Shown in pieces: positions 58,343-64,000 of a stretch of 64,000 bases of DNA. The stretch's first letter is position 1, and every line of letters begins with the position of its first letter. A model generated the notes under the pieces. The model was not told the origin of the DNA, did not search any database, and saw only the letters and a program-made list of their open reading frames with translations. The stretch is from Amoebidium appalachense (taxonomy: Eukaryota > Protista > Ichthyosporea). The position numbers and the translations under genes were made by a program. The stretch covers positions 5,782,259 to 5,846,258 of the forward strand of contig CAVNZM010000002.1 of assembly GCA_963693365.1 (NCBI GenBank), given 5' to 3'.

Positions 58343-59652
58343 CTTTTCTGACGATTGCATGGTGATGGCCCTCTCCAGGCCGTGGTGCACAACCGGAAGC
58401 GATTTGATGAGCAGTTTGGTGCCGAGGAGGAAGAAGATGATGCAGACAGGGCACACAGGCCAGGTACGTGGGTGGGTGTGGGTGGGTGGGGGCTGCAGGC
58501 GCACAGGGACAGGCGCGGGAGGGGGTAGGGGTGGGTGTGCGGGTGTGTGGGTGTGTCTGGGTGTGTGGGTGCATGAGTGCGTGGGTGGGTGTGTGCGTGC
58601 GTGCGCGCGCACACCAGCGTGTGTGCGTGCGCATGTGTGCATGTGTGTGTGTGCCTGCGTGCGTGTGAATGTTTGTGTATACGTGTTTGTGCGTGTGCTT
58701 GCATGGTTCCACATATTTACGTGCTTCGGAGAGGTGTGTTTTTGTTTTCTATATTGTTTTTGTTATCGTATTCCTTCTTGCGTTTCTTTTGTTCTCTTTT
58801 TTTTAATTTTTTTGATGGGGGAAAGGGAGGGGGAGATGAGGCTATGTAAGCTGCCTGATAAGTATAATGTGTGGTGTAGATGTTGGGTTTGATGGTTTTC
58901 TTGTTGACTCGCATAGATGCAAGCCTGGGATTCGAACTTGTCTAGCTTGAGGTCTGGATTGGACTGGGGGCAGGGGGGGGGGGGGGGGGGATGGGGGACT
59001 CCTTTACTTTTAAGAGGGGTGGAGGGAGGGGAGAGGGGGGAAGGGGGGAGGGTTGCCCTAGAATGACAATGCTCTTTAGGCACTTTAAAAAATACTACAC
59101 ACCTTTCGTTCTGTCGTACAGGCCGGGTTGTGCGTTCTTGACTGATAACTCAATCCCCTGCCCTCTTTTCTCACCTTTACCTTTTTATTTTCCCGCTGCT
59201 GTGTCCCCAATAATCGATTTTCTCCTCTTCACTCTGGCAGCTACACACAGATACCAACGACTACATGTGCGTGCGCGCGCACACACACACACGCAGTCCC
59301 ATGCACGCACACATGCACGCACGTGTACACACCCACCCACACCCACCCACACACACATTCTCTCTAACGCACCCTCGCTTCGCTCTCTCTCACAATCACT
59401 CACTCACAGAGGACTACAACCATATATTTGATGGCAACATTGATGATTGCTTCACCATGGGTATTTCATTCTCCAGAAAGGCACGTGTTTGCACATGTAT
59501 GTGTACACGTGTAGTAGGATGTGCATGCCGCAGCTCGCACAGGGATTTCTTGCTGTGTGTGCACGTGTAGGTCTGTGTGTTTGCCTTCGTATGTGTACGT
59601 GCGTGTGTGTGTGTGTGTATGTGTGTATGCACAAGTGTGTGTGTGTGTGTGA

Positions 59653-59697
<45 letters not shown>

Positions 59698-61489
59698 GTG
59701 TGTGTGTGTGCATGTGTCACGGGTGCGTGCGTGCGTGTATAGAGTACAAGGTTCATACACACACCTATGTTGCCTATGCAACGTTTCCGGCACACTCTGG
59801 GTTGATGGTGTTTCTCGTGTTTGTAAGCAACTAATCCTGTATGTTGTTGGGTTGGTGTGTGCCATTGGTGAGTGTTGTTTTTGCCATCGGATTGTCTTGG
59901 ACATGAAGCCGACGATGACATAGTGTGTGGGTGGGGTTACCCCGGGGGGGAGGGGGGGAGGGGGGGGGGGGGGGGGAGTGGGGTCTTAGTTCCCACCGAT
60001 CTAATAATGAGTTTTTATAAATGAACAACAATTTGGTGTGTGTGTGCTTCGGGGAAAGGAGGGGAGGGGATGGGAGGGGGGGGGGGGGGGGGGGGGGAGG
60101 GGGGGGAGGGGGGGGGGGGGGGGGGGGGCTGGGATCTATGATATGGTTGTGTATGTGCCGACAAGCTTTTGGAAAGCTCCTGTGGATTTCTGGGTGGGGT
60201 TAACAATCTGACTTCGGACCATGTGCTTCAGGAGGTCAAGCTGTACTCGAGTCTGTATCGGTCTGACATCATCGTTGCTTCCCCCCTGGGCCTGCGCATG
60301 CTCATCGGGACAAATGGGTACGAGCACGTGTTCGTGTGTTTGTGTGTGCAAATGGTGCATGTACGTTGATGTGTACACGTGTGCCTGCATGTGCAGCTGC
60401 GTACTTACGCATGAGTGCCGGGTTCCAACCGTGCGTGCGTGAGCCTTGGTGAATTTGGGCGAATAGGTGCTGGTAGTTCTGTGTTGGGGGGCGTCGGTGG
60501 TGTGTTGCTTGTGTGCGTCCATTTTTTTTCTCTTTTTCTTCTTCTTTTTTTTCCCCCTATTCTTTTCTTTTTTTTGGCTGACGGGGCTGTGATTGAGGGA
60601 CGGTTGCGCGATAGAGATTCGTATGCTTGGAAAGGGGGGAATGGGAATGGGGGAAGAGGGGACCCTCCTGGGATGAGGCGGTGGCTTTAGCCAGTATGGT
60701 GCGGTGTGAGAATCGTTTTTAATAGGAAGAAGGGCAAGAGCGACGAAATGCTTTGTTTACACCGTGGTTGTTCTGGGAAGAGGGGAAAGAAGTGGGTGAG
60801 AAATTTGACCAGGGGGGTTGGGTGTGTTTGATGTTTAACGAAACCTCAAACATCAAAGTCAAGCCTCTCCTCTCCATTATAGATGAACGTGCACAAAGAG
60901 ACATCGAGGGAGAGATTTGTGTTTGTGGTAGAGGACGGACAGGGGAGAGATGGGGTAGGGGAGGAAGGGGTTGGCGCAGTAAAGGAGATCAGACAACCGA
61001 AGGACCAAGCAGATCATTTGCAACAAGCTTGTACCTCCCCTGATCCCTCACCCCCTCCTCCCCCCCCTCCCCCCCCCCCCCCCCCCCCCCGGCCCCCCCC
61101 TCGCTATCTCCCTTCTTCGCACATTACAAACCCACATGGACACTCACATGCACGTACACTTTCCACATGCTCGGGCATGCACGCTCGCGAACACACACAC
61201 ACACACGTGCACGCACGCACGCACGCACATATGCACGCACGCACGTGCACACGCGCACGCGCACACACATGCACACGCACACACACATCACACACACACA
61301 CACACATACAGGGATAAGAAGTACGACTACGACTTTCTTTCTTCAATTGAGGTTGTGGTGATGGACCAGGTGGACATCTTTTTGATGCAGAACTGGGAGC
61401 ACCTGACGGTCAGTGTGTGTGTGTCTGTGTGTGCGTGCGTGCGTGAGTGCGTGCGTGTGTGCGTGTGTGTGCGTTTGTGCGTGTGTGTG

Positions 61490-61532
<43 letters not shown>

Positions 61533-61862
61533 ATGCGTGCATGCGTGCGTGCGTGTGTGTGTGTGTGCGTGTGTGCGTGCGTGCACGCGTGTGTACATAC
61601 ACCTACACAGATTACCAGCACCATCACCCGCACCAATTGTTTCTTGTGTGTAGGCACATGTGTCGGTGTTGGTGTGGCTGGGTGTGTTTTGTGTGTATGT
61701 GGTTGTGGCATTGATTATGTGCCTAGGCGTATGAGTGCTCTCTGTGGTTGGGTGGGTGGGGAGCTGTGAGGGAACCTATGTGTGGGTATTAGTGAATGTG
61801 TGTTTGTGTGTGTGTGTGTTTTTGGGGATTGAGTGTGTGTGTGTGTGGAGAGTCGGTGCGTG

Positions 61863-61894
<32 letters not shown>

Positions 61895-62750
61895 GGGGGG
61901 GGGGGGAGGGGGGGGGGGGGGGGGGGAGGGGGGTTGAAGGGGAGATGTGCGTGCGTGTGTGTGTTCCGGGGGGAGGGGGGGGGGGGGGGGGGGAGGGCAG
62001 GCGGACGTGGGTGAGTGGATGGCTTGTCTTCTTTTCCTTTTTCTCCCCTCCCCCCCCCCCCCCCCCTCACCGGGGGGGGGGGGGGGGGGGGGGGGAATAT
62101 GTGGTATGTATGTTTACCATACCCTTGTTGATATGTGAGAAAGACGGTGAGTGTATTATGTGTGGGTGGGGCCTCTCGTTGTGCTAGGTATGGTTGTGCC
62201 CCGCGTGTGTTTCAACTTGGTGGGAATGCCTACATACTCACACATTCGCCCACTCACACTCACACTCGCACTTATACTCTTTCATTTACTCATTGACACA
62301 GCACATTTTCGAGCATCTCAATCTTCAGCCCAAGGAATCACATGATACAGACATCTCCCGTCTTCGTCCCTGGTACACCGACCTACTGTAAGTGCTTTGC
62401 CCCCCCCCCCCCCCCTCTTTCTGGTGACTGGCTCTGTTCAAGTGTCTTCCGCCTGCACGATTAACGTTTGCTTTCGGGGTGTTCAATATTGCGACGTTTT
62501 TTAGTTTGTCCTTTGGTGTCTCCTCATCCCTCTAACACATACCTCCCCATCCCCCCCCCCCCCCCCCCCCATCCCCTCCGGGCCAAAACTTGGGTACCGT
62601 GGATGACGTGCGTCCCCGTCCCCCCCCCCCCCCCCCCTTCCCCCCGCCCCCTGAGGACGGGCTCTGCTTATTATGCATATTCTTTATGTGTGGTTCGCAC
62701 TCTGCATCGTGTTGACCGTTGTTTACGTGTACTTCGTACTTAATAGCATA

Positions 62751-62789
<39 letters not shown>

Positions 62790-63655
62790 ACCCCCTTCCC
62801 CCCCACCTCCAAAGATCTCAAGTTCTGTGGTCCCATGATTGTTCTAACCCTCGTAAATAAAATGAGTCTTGCATACGTTTCTTCGGTCAAGTGCAGAAAT
62901 CTCTGCATACGTGCACTCGCGAACACATACGATTGAGAAGATCTCTTTTGCTCTTCCCCCCCTCTCATCATTCCATCTCTCCCCCCCCCTCCCCCCCCCC
63001 CCCCCCATCTGTTTCTCCCTCCCTTTGACTGTCGTTCTCTTTCACATTCCCTCTTCCGTGTACCTTTCCTCTGTCTTCAATCTCTCAGTCTCTCAGTCTT
63101 CTTTTAATGCCAATCTCTCCAGGCTGGACATAAATACCATTCGTATCTGTATCCACCCACACCTATATTAGTCTAGGTCCCCCACACACAAGCGCGCGCG
63201 CACACACACCACACACACACCCACACACCCCACACACATCAGCACATGCGCACGCACGTGCGCACGTGCACGCTTGCACACACACACACACACACACACA
63301 TCGACATACACATCACACACACACACAGTGGCCTTGTACAGACACTCAGGCGCACACACCCATGCACGTGGTTGCACGCACACGCGCACACACACTCACT
63401 CACTTGCACGCTCACCTACTCGTGCGCTTACGCGTGTACGCACATCACGCACACACACACGTACGTACACGAACACGTACACTAACACGTACACACAGTG
63501 GCCGGTTCTACCGTCAGAACATCTTCATCAGCAGCCTGACCAGCCCCGAGATCAACTCTCTGTTTGCCCGCCACTGCCACAGCCATGCAGGCAAGGCCCG
63601 CTACTCCACCACACACGAAGGAAGCATCTGCCGGGTGGTGCCCCAGATACAGCAG
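50410..63655 (+). CDS. UTP25: U3 snoRNA-associated protein 25 (UTP25/DIEXF/DEF), 5' part (continues beyond the window end)
   Basis: Exons 50410-51057, 52384-52513, 53372-53418 (or -53466), 54407-54526, 55191-55387, 56637-56705, 57364-57475, 58379-58463, 59410-59480 (GC donor), 60232-60317, 61312-61408, 62302-62387, 63499-63655. Motifs: [93 protein letters not shown]. Confidence 0.96.
51217..51296 (+). repeat. 40 bp tandem duplication
   Basis: ggaaggggctgaatttggggct(a/g)aataacctggcttatct occurs twice. Confidence 0.9.
53773..54050 (+). mobile_element. Family 1, subtype B, copy in a UTP25 intron
   Basis: Has the same 5' block (gcataagcaaccctgctcgtc..gatcaagacggg) as subtype A and the subtype B body. 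Ends GCATTCAAAA followed by poly(C). Confidence 0.85.
56968..57157. repeat. (AAT/AAC)n trinucleotide repeat
   Basis: Imperfect aat/aac run in a UTP25 intron. Confidence 0.9.
62471..62543 (+). repeat. Repeat family 2 copy in a UTP25 intron
   Basis: ctttcggggt...gacgttttttagtttgtcctttggtgtctcctcatccctctaac resembles the reverse complement of the 965-1040 motif. Confidence 0.65.
62585..62752 (+). mobile_element. Family 1, subtype B, degenerate truncated copy
   Basis: aaacttgggtaccgtggatgacgtg...ctgaggacgggctctgcttattatgcatattctttatg...gtgtacttcgtactt, then poly(C). Confidence 0.75.
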
Positions 63656-64000
63656 GTGGGTGTCTGTGTTCTAGTGATACCTCGATGTCATTGGTTGGCA
63701 TGCCAAATGGGATGAGTGGTGGATCATGGTGGTTCCGTTGTGTGTTTTTGGGGTTATGTTTGCTTGCTTGTGTATGTTTGTGTGCGTCTGTAGTGTTGTA
63801 GGTGGTGGTGGTGGTGGTGGTGGTGGGGTGGGGTGGGGTGGGGTGGGGTTTTGGGGAGAAGGGGAGGGGGGAGGGAGGGGGGGGGCTCTTCGTTTTGCGC
63901 CGTTTACACTTGCTCTCTTTTTTTTTTTTGTTGGTTGGGGAAGGGTGGGGGGGGGAAAGGGGGGAGTTGGGATGGGGGAACGGGGGGAATGCTGCTCATC

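Overview
Eukaryotic, intron-rich genomic DNA with no prokaryotic operons or CRISPR. Introns are packed with (CA)n/(GT)n microsatellites and poly(C)/poly(G) tracts, so most ORFs in the supplied track are artefacts. By manual splicing I reconstruct five genes: NAT10/KRE33 (minus strand, 5' part), a d4/DPF-like BAF subunit (Requiem-N, C2H2 and double PHD) with a very long N-terminal extension, a secreted Cys-repeat/EGF/mucin tyrosinase, a VAC8-like armadillo protein (minus strand) and UTP25/DIEXF (plus strand, running off the window). The mix of animal-like DPF and fungal-like VAC8 suggests a unicellular opisthokont/holozoan such as an ichthyosporean (inference). The most interesting signals are: (1) a dispersed non-coding mobile element of about 300-390 bp that usually ends against a poly(C) tract and shows G.U-polarised, co-varying RNA structure with a pseudoknot; (2) (CA)n repeats standing in for the polypyrimidine tract at many 3' splice sites; (3) a candidate recursive splice site in the DPF gene; (4) a second intronic repeat family that is sense to its host gene in every clear copy; (5) an array of decoy copies of an exon start in VAC8. 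All exon coordinates were read by eye and need RNA-seq confirmation.
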